In this document: positions 13,691 through 26,825 of the stretch, piece after piece
Position numbering within the stretch: position 1 is the stretch's first letter
How the letters are laid out: the number at the start of each line of letters is the position of its first letter
Source: Takakia lepidozioides
Lineage: Eukaryota > Plantae > Bryophyta
Length of the DNA stretch: 64,000 bases
Reading direction: 5' to 3'
Assembly: GCA_030704615.1 (NCBI GenBank)
Contig: CM060732.1
Coordinates: 38,502,001-38,566,000, forward strand
Notes under the pieces: model-generated
What the model saw: the letters and a program-made list of their open reading frames with translations, nothing else
Database searches by the model: none
What the model was told of the DNA's origin: nothing
Made by a program: the position numbers and the translations under genes

Positions 13691-16323
13691 TCACAGCTGG
13701 CCTGTATCCTGCTGCTGCTCGGTCAAATTCAAAAGATCATCAGTGACAGGAAGACATAAGGGCTTAGAGTGAGCACCAGTTACCGTTTGAAATTGGGATT
13801 CCAAACATTTTGATGCTGTCACAGCAGACGTATCCATCGTAGATGTCACTGGTCCTGCGCCTGGTAGATTAATCCCCAATCTGGTCACAATGGCTTTCTG
13901 GTACTCAATCATACTCTGCATCTGTAATTTTAATTTGCCATGTCACGTCCTTGTGATTCCACCAGTTTGTCCAAGCCATCCATCCTGCCAACTACTGTAG
14001 AATATGCGAGACTTCCCTCCTGCCAATCCATGAAAACTTGCCCAAGTATGAATCAAACCAAAAAAACCTAGCATGAACAACCATTGGAAAGAAAACCCAG
14101 GCCAAAAGCCGTGAAAAAAACCCTAGCAACCTGATGCAGCAACCACTCTAGCAAACGTGGAAAACACACTTACCCGCCTGTCACTCCCAGCTGACAACCG
14201 TGACACTGAACCCTCTTGAATTTCATATAATGTAGGAGGGCACCCTGATAGTGTTTCCTACAATTAATCCATGCCACAAACAAACCCATGCCACAAGTCA
14301 GTAAGCAATGTGAGGCTAACTATATACACATAGCAATTCAATGAGGAACAAAATACAGAGTCGTGATGATGCCACTTACCAAGTGTGCTTCCACCATTGC
14401 CTTCCCACCACGGCCAGTCTTGGTAGGATTCAGAATTGCACCATTTGCCTTCTTCATGTTGCCCGACACTTTGTGGAACACCTCTGTCTGCCAGTAACTT
14501 ACAAGCTTGTTCCATACCTCGTCAGATACAGTATTGGGTTTCCCCTTACCACCCAACCACGTAGTGTGTGCTTCATAACGCTGGCTCTTCATTATTCTGC
14601 CAATTGTTTGTTTTAGGTGGAAGTCTTTAACTTGTGTGGCGTATATGAAAATAGCTTAGCCAGGTGATCTCTGATTTCGTATACAACTTCATCAGGTTGG
14701 TTGTTGATGGCAAGGGAACAATCTAGCTTGCGATAAGCCTGTCCTTTAAGGGCAGCGTGCCATACATTCCGGGTCTGACCATACGGGGCTCCTTTGAGGT
14801 TCGTCAAAATCACCGTGGGAGGAAGACCTGTAGCTATTCTCTCTTCCTTCACCTTGGCAGCTTCATTTTTGGCTGAGCTATTAGCCCTCCTTAAAGCATT
14901 GGTTCTATCATTCTTTGAAACGGCACCCTCCCCTCCTTCAAAGACCTCCGTGCGCTCAGGAGAATTCAAAGCAGGATCCTGCCAAGTAGGGACTGGTGGC
15001 CATGGCTGTTGGCCAGAAGGCCGAGGACCATACTGGCCATACTGTCCATAAGCAGGAGGATATTCCGGTGGCCTGCCACCCCATAGCTATTAGGGGGTGG
15101 CAAATATGGTGGAGGAGGATACTGGCCATACTGCCCATATGGAGGAGCACCATATTGACCCTGACCATACTGAGTGCCAGACTGTGGGTACTGAGGCATA
15201 CCATAATAAGGTGGAAGTACTGGTGGCACAGAACCCACAACGATGGGAGAGTTAGGGCCACCTCCTGCGTCCTTGTGGGCGCCATCTCCATTGCTAGCAG
15301 CAGGGATCGTGGATCCAGTGCGCTTGTGCTTGCCTGAAAAGAAATTCCCCCAGTACAATGTGGGTGATTACACATACATATAGGCAGCAAGCAGCAAATC
15401 CTTGAAATCAATATAACAAACTGGAAGCACATATCATTTGTAAATACAAGATTACCCAAAACTCAGTATGATCTTGGGCAGTAAATCTCCCAAATTTGAT
15501 TGGCCCCAATGATGTCCTCCCAGTACATTTTTGAGCCCTCTTAGGTATGGGGTGTTCCTGAAATCCATAGCAAGAAATTCAAATGGACAAACCTGATGGG
15601 TCCATGAGAAGTATCCCTCCAAGTTTTACTGATATTCTGGGTGCATAAGTAACCCAAGTATCTCTATAAGTAGCCATTGTAGCTTAGTACCAGGACGTTG
15701 GTTTCATGGGGCAAAGAATTTGAACATACCTGAAGTCTACATTGGCCTGACATCATGCCTTTGGCACTTCAACTTGTCTAGTGGAAATCATTTTGATTGT
15801 GCCTTGGCTGACCCCTGCATTGTCCAACTTCCCTGTCTTGACAGACATACCCTATCTCTTCATGATCTTACCATACCCTATCTCTTCGTGATTTTATCAA
15901 AAACATACATAATTTGAATCATGGTCATTGTGAAGAACTATAACTCACAGACGGAGAAGGTGTTCGTAGTGTAGATGATGGGCGTTTTTGTCCTGCGACA
16001 TGAGCATGGGCATGTTCTCCTCGGCTTGCCGTGGCATCCGCCGACGACGCACTCGCCTCGCACTGGCGTGGGAGGAGTGGATCGTCCTCATCGTCCTCAG
16101 AAGAGCCCTCATGCAGAATCGTAGTCTTCATCGTCTTCAGTCTGGCACTTTGCCTTGCAGGACCTTGATCCCTAGCTTTTTCCTTCGGAGCGCGTGGCTT
16201 GCGAGGGCGATTCGCTCCCGCAAGCCTGCACAAACACCTCCATGACCTCCCTCTCAAACAATCACAAACAAATGCAAGCATACATACCCTAATACTCTTA
16301 AGCCTACGCTGAACCAGCCGCAC
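13691..16323 (-). pseudogene. CACTA TnpA-like (Ptta/Transposase_24-like) multi-exon accessory gene
   Basis: KPNTVSDEVWNKLVSYWQTEVFHKVSGNMKKAN...TGRGG is typical of the Ptta/En-Spm domain. Preceded by Pro/Tyr/Gly-rich and acidic exons and divergent from the Tnp2 gene. Exon boundaries are not resolved. Confidence 0.62.
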
Positions 16324-19300
16324 CCTACCAGGACGTAATGGCTACCCACGAATGACGGCGGACATCTCCCGCCTAATGACACACCCTCCTCAAACCTAAT
16401 CGTCACTCACTGCATGTTGTTTGCCTCTCTATTTGTACAAGTCGCAGCTACTCGCCCCCATTTGTGCTATGAAGCTTATGATCGCTATAGGAAGGTTAGA
16501 GGATAAGGCGAATCGCAAGTTTAGTGGGTGGGTATCCAAAGTCAGGAACTAAACTCACCCATCTATCGACTGCTTGAACGTTGCTTCCACCTCCTTTATG
16601 GCAGCAATCCGGCGCTCTCGGAACTTCTCGTACTCAGTGAGAGGGACTGTCACTTCGAAGACCTTCCGCTTCACCATGGACACTCAGAAACGATACTTAT
16701 AGTATACTATAGATATAGAAATAGCACATTGGCAGCTGGTGCAAAACTAGAGACAATGCACTGTGCGTAGCATGCAAAGAGGGAAGGGGTGACGTTCAAA
16801 GCATGTACAGTGCAGGTGGCGAACGGATGCGTAGGCGTAGAATAGATGACCGTCTATGACGAATGGAAGAAGCTTATGCCACAAGGAATGGGCATACAAA
16901 AATGCTATGCAACTGCGATGAGTGTCATGGAGGAAAAGTACCGTTGTTGGAAACAGTGAGGAATCATTACATGATATACGGGAGGGATCCTCTTCTCCAA
17001 CGCTGTTCTCTTCCGGTAAGATCGTCACTTTCCCTTCAACACTTTAGTTTGAATTTTGAATGCAACGATCCTCTTCTCCACATGTCGACATTTCGTTGGG
17101 TGATTGTAGTCAAGAAGTCATAAGATACAGACGTGACTATAACTACGCCACTTCCGTTATCACTTTAATTAATGCACATGTCGTGTTTTCATTGGTCATG
17201 TGTAGTCATGTAGTCATATATGACTAAGTAAGTGACTGGAACTATGACTTCAATGGTTACAAATGTCGTGTTTTGATTGGGTGTATATTCATAAGATACA
17301 TACGTAAATATGACCGCATCACTGCAACGTCACCGTGCCTCCTATGTCATAATATGAACAAGTGTCACATCATTGTTGGTCCACTCACAAGATGACTATT
17401 GGGATGCAGGGATGTGAATATTTAGATGATGAAGACGAAGGCCCTGCGGCACAGCGGGAGCCCAATGTCACAGAGAACGCAGATGAGAGTGGTGGATTGG
17501 AGGTAGAAATGCAGCGTGCATTGTAGGAAGCGTTTCTCTTTGCAAATGCAAACAGAGAGGACCCCATTCATGGTGGAACCGATCACACATTTGCCGATCA
17601 TGACGATGATCTCGACGATTCCGGAGACAATGAATTTGATGAGAATGCTCATCTGCACGTTGATCCCGAGTATGATAAACTCTTCCGACAGTCGCAATGT
17701 CCACTTTTTGAAGGGTGCTCCATCAGCTGGCTGCAAGCAACTTTGACGTTGCTGAACGCATGCACTACCCACAAGTGCACCAATGCATTTGTGGATGAGC
17801 TTCTGGGATTGTTGCGTTAGAGTTTTTTGCCTAAAGATAATTCATTGCCGAAAACTCACTATGAAGCAAAAACCATGATTGCCAAGATGGGATTGCAGTA
17901 CACGATGATTCATGCCTGTGAGCGTGGTTGTGTACTCTTCCATGGGGAGTATGAGAATGTAGACATTTGCCCAATGTGCCGCAGTTCCCGTTACATTCCA
18001 GGTCGTGGAAGTGTGCCCAAGAAAGTATTGCGACACTTCCCTGTCATTCCAAGGTTGAAACGTATGTACCAATGTAAATCGATCGCTAACCTCATGACAT
18101 GGCACGACAGACATAAGAGCCAGGATGGGTTGGTTCAACATCCAGCTGATAGCAAAGCATGAAGACACATTGACACCACATTTGCGGATTTTGCTGCAGA
18201 GCCACGATCTCTGCAATTTGGATTGGCCTTAGACGGTGTAAATCCCCACGGAGCTCAATCCACAAGTTGGAGCACATGGCCCGTTCTCTTGGTCAATTAC
18301 AATCTGCCTCCGTGGTTAATGGCCAAAAAGTTCTTTGTCATGTTAGCGCTATTGATTCCTGGTAAGGAATCTGTTACCTCGGACAACGTAGATGTTTACC
18401 TGATGCCCCTAGTGGAAGAGCTACTGGAACTATGGAGAGGGATTGCAGCTCATGATGGTCGTGGTCAACGCGAATTCACACTGAGGGCAGTGTTGATGTG
18501 GTCAATCCATGACTACCCTGCATATGGCTTGCTCTCAGGTCAAGTGACGAAAGGTTATGCTGGTTGTCCAGCTTGTGGACCCGGGGTGACTTCACAGTAG
18601 TTACACACATGTGGAAAAATTGTTTTCCTAGGCCACCGAAGATTTTTGGCCTGCAATCATCCATATAGAAGGTCAAGAATGTTCAATGGCTGAGCATGGA
18701 ACTCCTCCAAAAACGCAGATTGGAACACAAATCAAGGACCTTGCAACAGCGCGCACTGCATGGGTGGAAAACGGAGGGACGCCAGATAGCAGGACAGACC
18801 CAGCAAAAACTCATGGAGTTAAACGATTGTCAATTTTATATGTCTTACCTTATTGGGAGGTAATTCTTTCATGGCCTTTAAATTGGCTGTGTACATTTTG
18901 CGTTTTCTGTTTAAATTGTGATGAGTAAATGCTCAATTGCTTATGTGTTCATTTTGTAGGGTCTCCTCATCCGCCACACGTTTGACGCAATGCATTGCGA
19001 GAAGAACTTGGCTGAAAATATTATTAAAAATATCTTTGGTGAGAAAGACACATTGAAAGTTCGCCGTGATTTCGAGCTACTTGGGATGCGGCCGGAATTG
19101 TGGCTACAATGTGATCCTGACAGAGCAGATACGTTAATTATGCCTCCTGCCCCTTATGTCCTCACTGAGGCTGAGTTACAAGTCTTTCTGGAGATTGTGC
19201 AGAACTTGAAAGTGCCAACAGGCTACGCATCACTTTCAAAAAGCATGTGGTGAAGAAGAAGTTGTCTGGCATGAAATCACATGACTATCATGTGCTCATG

Positions 19301-20005
19301 CAGCAAATTATACCGCTTGCTATCCGTGGGCTCATGCCAAGTGGTCCTCGAAGGGCCATTTTGCGAGTATGTCGTGTATTTAAGAAGTTGTGTGCAAAAG
19401 TGGTGAATCCTGTAGAGTATGAGGAATTGAGAACTGAAGCAGTTCTCACTCTGTGTCTTATAGAGAATGAGTTCACCATCATTTTTTGATGTGATGACAC
19501 ATCTGGTTGTTCACCTAGTGGATGAGTTGTACTTACTCAACGACGCAATGGCGTGAGCCTTGCGCGTGAGCGCGCGAGCGTACGCTCACGCCAGCTGATG
19601 TGGCGGCAAATGATGATGTAGCACTGCACCGTCATCAGCCACGTCAACACTAACATGCGCCGCCTATAACCGAGGATGGTCCTATGACCGTGGGATTAAT
19701 GCAGGGAATCCTTGGCTGAATACAATCAAGACTACCATGAGGCCTACAATTGTAGCATCCAACATTGTGCAATTACAAATGTTTCTTTCACTTTTACAAT
19801 TACGAGGACGAGAAAATATCCTCACAAAGTGTGCGCCATAGAGGCTGCCACGAGAAGACCAGAGTCCCTCCCCAAATAACAATGAGAGTTAGGATCATCT
19901 TCAAAAGATGATTGCAGTGTATAGCGACAGGAAGACATGTAGACTTCGAACGGTGCAATGATGCATGTGCTTATAAAAGTTGTCACTCAGAACTCACTCA
20001 GTATA

Positions 20006-23000
20006 CACTACAACAAATTGCGGCTTTTACGTCTCTGTGTTATGACTGCAAATGCAGTCATGGAAGCCATTTACGACTTCCTGACTCTGCAGACGTAAAG
20101 ACCTAGTCAGTTGTGACATGGCAGATATGACTCTCCAGGCTGGCTGTCACGTGGCGCCAGAGCAACTGTGGGGGTAGTCATACACGCTGGCATTTACTGA
20201 ATGACTGAACGGGTCCATGTCAGCCGCTGTGTAATAGAGACACGTGCTCTCTACAGAACACGCCACGTGTCAGACTGCGACGCCATCCGACTGCAGAGGA
20301 GGGAATCAGACGTCAGCATGTGTCGCATCGTGATTTTGACACGTGGTTCCTCATGTCAATTGACAAGCGTCGCTGTTGGGGGTTGTAGATTTACTTTATT
20401 GTTATTATAATTACTAAAATAATAATAATAATAATTTGTTATTATATTAATATTACTGACCAACATGGGACAGTGGCACATTATTAAATAACGAATTTTT
20501 GAAATTATATTCTTAGATAAAATATTTATTCACTCAGATACCAAAACACACCCTTACGGGGAAGGAGAGTTTGCCTTAGTGCCTGTGCTGAATTGCATCT
20601 GCTACTGTTACCTGTTTATGGATACTTTTTTATTGTCACTTTGGCAGTATCATATCAAAGTCACTCCAAACTATCTACCATCTACCCATGACCATCTACC
20701 CATGCAGGTTTCTTGTAGCTATCCTTCCACAGGGAATCATCGGTAATCTGGAGCTTGAAATCCGCTTTCTTGGATGATCTGGACCCACACTCTATCCCTG
20801 CTCCTTCAGCTATCCATGCCTCTGCATAGATCATGCATATTCCTTGCATTGCTGTTAGCAGCTGACAATGACAGCCTACATTTGTTCCAGCAAACACCCA
20901 ACTCAACTTACCACACTAGTTCCTATTCTCAATTGCATCTGTTACTCTCTGTAATCCAACAGGCATTTACCTTTTTGCCTCGGTTGTCCCACCATTGACT
21001 GGGGTCAGAAAAGTATTCATTCCACAGCTTCCCCTCATCTCCGTTAACTGTTTTTCGATACTTTCCTGTTGGCACATTGGCAATATCATGTCAAAGTCAC
21101 TCCAAACTAGATTCACTCAACCAGCTAACTTGCAGACATTGAAATTTAGGGCCGGTTCTGATAAGAGGGAAAAACAGGGTGAATGTGTGGAAGAAGGTGC
21201 CTTTATTAGCAGTGCTTGATTTTATCAATTGTGCCGCTACTCCTGCGGCTTCCAGTTCACCATCTACCCATGCAGGTTTCTTATAGCTAAATCCACAGGT
21301 AATCATAGGTAATCATGTGCTTGAAATCTGGCCCTCTTGGATGAATCTGGACCCATACTCTATCCCTGCTCTTTCAGCTATCACTGCTTCTGCACAAATC
21401 ATGCATACTTCCTTGCCTTGCAGCTGATAATGACAGCCTACATTTGTTCTAGGAAACCAACTCAGCTTATCACACTAGTTCCTATGCTGAATTGCGTCTG
21501 CCCTCTATAATCTAACAGGCATTAACCTTTTCCCTCGGTTGTCCCACCATTCCACAACTTCTCCTCGTCTCTGTGACCTGTTTCTGGATACTTTCATGTT
21601 GTCACATTGGCATCATGTCAAAGTTCAGATCGACATCTAGTACAATTCCACCACGAACCTCTTTGCTATTTTGCAGGGCTGCCAGGCTTGCACACATGTT
21701 GCAAATGTAACAAACGCGATGTGGTTGCGCTGCAGTATCCCTTCCCACACCACTTGCTCATAGACCTCTCCAAAGGGCCTCCATCCCGTGCCACTGTTGT
21801 GCATATCCTGGGATCATCATCCTCCATGCACCCCAATTTGGCATACAAGTCCACAAGGGCATAGTTCAGAACAAATTTGTTTATTTCCAGCTTGGACGAT
21901 CAACATCACAAACCCCGTCTTCACTCATTGCCTACTCTAGTAAGTGCAATTATGGGCTAGGCTGGTACCACATCTCATTCAGCCATATTATCAAAACAAC
22001 CATGTATCCTTGTAGTTGCACCCTGCAACCTTGGCATACATGTCCACTACGGCAACGTTCAGAATCACATCAAATACAATACCAGCTTTGACAATATCAC
22101 CGTGGACCTTTGTACCCTTTTTCAGGGCTGCCAGGCGTGCATTTGACATACATATCCACCAAGGCAGTGTTTAGAGTGACATCTAGTGGTACAATTCCAG
22201 ATTTGATAATGGACCTTTGCGTCCTTTCCAGGGCTACCAAGCTCGCATTTGACATACATGTACACCAGGGGAATGTTCAGAATGACATCAGGTACACATT
22301 CCAGCTTTGATGATGTCACCATGAACCTCTTGGCCCCTTCCCAGGGCTGCTAGGCTCGCATATGCATATTAACAAACACAAATGAACATGACCTGGTTTG
22401 GCTTCATCCTTTCCCACATCATTGTTCTTAGGTTTCCAAAGCCTTACTCCCACACCTATGCTACACACACCTTACAATCATGGCAGTCCACAACACCCAC
22501 ATCTCATTTAGCCATGTTGTCGAACTCTCCCTTTGCATCAGGCTTGCTGCACCCACATTTGGCATACATGTCCACTAGGGCAGTGGTCAGAATGACAACT
22601 AGTACAGTTTCAGCTTTGACGATGGCACATGGCCAAGAGATATCCCAATATCCCGCTACCAATGGGTTCAATGCATACTCTTGTCACATTGGCAGTATCA
22701 TGTCAAAGTCACTCCAACTAGATTCACTCAACCAGCTAACTTGCAGAATTGAACATGAAAATTTAGGGCCGATTCTGATAAGAGGGGAAAATAGGGTGAA
22801 ATGTGTTTCAGAAGGTGCCTTCATTAGCAGTGCTTGATTGTATCAATTGTGCTGCTGCTGCTGCGGCTTCCAATTGACCATCTACCCATGCAGGTTTCTT
22901 GTATCTATCCTTCCACAGGGAATCATAGATAATCTGGAGCTTGAAATCTGGCCCTCTTCCACACTCTATCCCTGCTCCTTCAGCTATCTATGCCTCTGCA

Positions 23001-24904
23001 AAATCATGCATACAACAATCATCCAGCAAACACCCCCAACCCTACTTATCAATGAGCAATGAGCTAACTTACATAATTCAATATGCATCTCAAGGCCGAG
23101 TCTGATGAGAGGGCAAAACAGGCTGAAATAGGTCGAAGAAGAACCCATAGAGGATTTGACCGACCATCAACCCAAAATGACCTTGTGTGTGCTGCTTGTG
23201 TCTTGTAGTCAGGTAATGTCGGATTGGTCTGTGAGAACCAGCACGGTGCAGATGAGCAGGCAGAGATTGAAACACGGCCTGCTAAGACCAAGCTGACTCT
23301 CCCAAGAACCTTGAAACAGGAAGAATACCAAATCATGGTACTAACAGGAGCCAACAGCCCACATTTGCAGGATGGACAAACTTCTTCACATCGTACATTA
23401 AGGAAAAGCACACCTTGCCATTGCGGTTGTCGCACCATCGTGAAGGATCTTTAAAAATCTCATGCCAACTCTGCTCCGTGCTGCAAATGAAGGGCCGAGT
23501 CTGATGAGAGGGCAAAACAGGCTGAAATAGGTCGAAGAAGAAGGTGCCCTCACCACATTGTCCTCGACCTTGTGTCATGGCCCATGGAGGATTTGACTGA
23601 CCATGAACCCAAGAGGACCTCTTCAGTGTGCTGCTTGTTTCTGTAGTCAGGTAATGTCGGATTGGTCAGTGAGAACCACCACGGTGCAGCTGAGTGGGCA
23701 GAGATTGAAACACGGCCTGCTAAGACCAAGCTAACTCTCCCAAGAACCTTGTAAACATCAGGAAGAATACCAAATCATGGTACTAACAGGAGCCAACAAC
23801 CCACATTTGCAGGATGGACAAACTTCTTCACATCGTACATTAAGAAAAAGCCACACCTTGCGATTGCGGTTGTCCCACCATCGTGAAGGATCTTTTAGAA
23901 ACTCATGCCAGCTCTGCTCCGTGCTGTAAAATCAGGGCCGAGCGGGTAGAGATTGAAACACGGCCTGCTAAGACGAAGCTGACTCTCCCAAGAACGGCGG
24001 GCTCCCAGCCGAAACCTCCTCGCACACATACCGTAGCGTTTCTAGGGTTGTTTGCTCCAAATGCGAAGGTTGATCCAACTGCGGGCCTCCCATGCATGTT
24101 TGCCTCTCTCCGCTCGCTCGCTCTAAGTCCCAACCTCTCTCTCTCTCCCCTCCGCTCGCTCTAAGTCTGTTCACGCTACCGTGATGGGCAACTTTTTAAG
24201 TTTTTTAACCTTTTTGTAAACCCTAAAAGCCCCTCTTTGATTTTTTTTCTTTTTTCTTTTCTTAAAGGAAACCACATGCCCTTGAGGAGGGGGGAAAATT
24301 CACCCGCCTTCATTTATGGGCCATAAGACGTACAGGACGATCAACGCCCAGACATACGTCACGAACAATCCCACACACGGGATAAGGCAGCGGGTTTGAA
24401 CCCAAACCACCAGGGCGACACACTGTGCACTTACCAGCCGATGTGTTTTTTTTTTTTTTTTTTAATTGTTTTTTTATAAAAAAAATTGATTCTAGTGGTC
24501 AGAGTCTCCGTTTTTTCAAAATATAAATACTCATATATTATATATATAACCAGAAAAGCATGTGTCGACATGTGCAGTCATGTAGTGATTCATCCATGTG
24601 ATGATATGGCAGAATGCATTAGAGTGAGAGTCATGAAGTCATATGTCTTTCTAGCAATATACACACGTCATTCTAGTGTAGCCATGACCGTGACTGGTAG
24701 TCATATCTGCCATGCCAATATTCGTGGTCAAACATGTTTGACCTGTGTTGCGCAGAGTCCGGAGCCATGCAGTCGCATATACGCCTTCCCCAGACCTGCA
24801 TTATGACTTCAAAAGCATTTTACGACTGCAAATGGCATTTCTGCCACAAATCTGTCATGACTGCGTACCCATGGGAGTCGTAAAAGCCGCAATCTGTTGT
24901 AGTG
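20006..24904. mobile_element. Non-autonomous Pack-CACTA element
   Basis: TIRs CACTACAACAAATTGCGGCTTTTACG and CGTAAAAGCCGCAATCTGTTGTAGTG. TSD ATA (20003-20005, 24905-24907). No transposase; interior is a mosaic of host-gene fragments. Confidence 0.95.
20680..23990 (-). pseudogene. Captured, reiterated fragments: OSB-type PDF motifs and PLS-class PPR repeats
   Basis: LWNEYFSDPSQWWDNR, WHEIFKDPSRWCDNRNGK, NPTLPDYK...FWVDGRSNPLWV and DFKLQITDDSLWKDSYKKPAWVD (PDF motif). VHGDIVKAGIVFDVILNVAVVDMYAK, TALVDMYAKCG and DVGVWTAMI (PPR). Confidence 0.72.
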
Positions 24905-25064
24905 ATAGTTGGAAGCATAATGGAGGGATAAGGGACGTCATATCATTGCACCGCCGACAATGTTGCAAACGAATTGATTTGAATTGAATTTCCATAACAA
25001 TGTTGCAAATTGGACATTTCATAGCATGGTCGTCCATATACCACATTGCATAGTTGACGCTACC

Positions 25065-26345
25065 TATGTGTTGTATCCCGCTGCAATAGAGTATCGACCT
25101 CGTTGAAACTTAGAGTGGCCTGGTGAACGAAGTTGTCACGTTTGGGATCGAAAACCATCCTCTTCAAAAATATGAAATACAAATGTTTGCAGGGTATGAA
25201 TTTACCTCTCTTGCCCAAACTGGTTGATAGCATATTCACAAAATCAGGACATGTGCAATTGGGGGGGAATTGGAAACCGTGATGTCGTAGGCCCTGTCAT
25301 GAACAGCAGATGTCGAAGTGATCATTGTGTACACCCGACCATATCTGGGATCGGGCACTTCCATGGTGTTTGCAACACGAACTTGGAGCATTCTTGCGGA
25401 GTCCACTTTGCCAAAGTGTTCAGCGGTTGGAGGGAAACGCCGAACGAGCTTTCCATCTCGTTTGGTTGGCCAAAAGTGAGGATTTGTCGGAGGTACCCGA
25501 GAGGACGCAGAAGTAGTAGCACATGCATGCAGTTGGGGTTGTCTCGCAAGGGAAAAGTCCGCCTCCTCCAACATTGCAATCTCCTGACTTGTGAGATGTG
25601 TTCCCACCTTGACGGGCCAAACGGTTGGAGGAGCTGGCTTCATCACCACGGAAGGACGCACAGTTTCATGCACACATCTGCCACAATCATCTGCGCAGAA
25701 CCAGAACTTGTGGTTCTTGGCTTCTGGTTGACCGTATGGACGCATCAAACCCGTGAAAGTCGGAGCAGGAGTCTGGGCACCACCTCTGGATATAGATGAA
25801 GTGCACTTCTCGAAATTAGTTGCCCTGATCGTTGTACATTTCACACGAGACCCTGCACTTGTGCGTTCTATGTGCCAAACGTGGTCCGGGCATGCGGACT
25901 CAAGCATATCAAGGGGGTTGTTGCTCTCCTGCATCATTTCAGTGGCACTGTTTGATGCTGGAGCCTGCCGTCGTGTTGGAGGTTCCTCCAGAATGGAAGT
26001 TCTGGATATGGATCTGTCATGTAGAGGAACACCAGGCTTCGAAGAAGTTATCACGGTCGGCCCTGTGCAAATCGGAATCCGAACCAGGTGGAGTATTCAA
26101 TTTCCTCTTATACGAGCCGAATCTCTCCTCCCCTCAGATTGGAAATCTTGAAACAATTCCCGGGATGTGGCTGGGCATACATGCTCACCGCCCGTGCTAT
26201 CTTGCTTGGATCCCCAGATCTGTTTGCAGCACGCAACATCAACTCCAATTTGTCCGGACCCTTGCCACCAACCCCACCTCGCAAGAAATCACGGTATCGG
26301 GTTTGTTGTTGCAAGGCACGTATCAAATCATGTGTACTGCTTTGT
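25065..26345 (-). pseudogene. SWIM zinc-finger-containing TE protein, C-terminal portion (frameshifted, 5'-truncated)
   Basis: DLIRALQQQTRYRDFLRGG.GGKGP; VWHIERT...PAPTF.G...FWFCADDCGRCV; YDITVSNSP/CTCPDFVNM...FIPCKHLYFIF (SWIM CxC...CxH). Confidence 0.7.
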
Positions 26346-26825
26346 ACTCCTCTGTTTATGGTTTTCCACACCAGCAGTTTGTGACTGGTGGTACCGCCAT
26401 TCACTATGAAGCCATGTTGATTTGCTTTGTACTCCTCTGTTTATGGTTTTCCACACCTGCAGTTTGTGACTGGTGGTACCGCCATTCACTATAAAGCCAT
26501 GTTGATTTGCTTTGTACTCCTCTGTTTATGGTTTTCCACACCTGCACTTTGTGACTGGTGGTACCACCATTCACTATGAAGCCATGTTGATTTGCTTTGT
26601 ACTCCTCTGTTTATGGTTTTCCACACCAGCAGTGTGTGACTGGTGGTACCGCCATTCACTATGAAGCCATGTTGATATCTTTGTACTCCTCTGTTTATGG
26701 TTTTCCACACCAGCAGTCTGTGACTGGTGGTACCGCCATTCACTATGAAGCCATGTTGATTTGCTTTGTACTCCTCTGTTTATGGTTTTCCACACCAGCA
26801 GTTTGTGACTGGCGGCCATTCACTG
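26339..26825. repeat. 85-bp tandem minisatellite, about 5.7 copies
   Basis: TTTGTACTCC recurs at 26341, 26426, 26511, 26596, 26680 and 26765. Each unit contains the near-palindrome GTGA.TGG(T/C)GGTACCGCCATTCAC. Confidence 0.95.

Noticed and set aside
20780-20830. EAWIAEG looks like the NLR winged-helix motif
   Set aside because: No NB-ARC context. An alternative frame gives a clear PDF motif (HPRG.DFK..IT.DSLW....KP.WV), so the match is coincidental.
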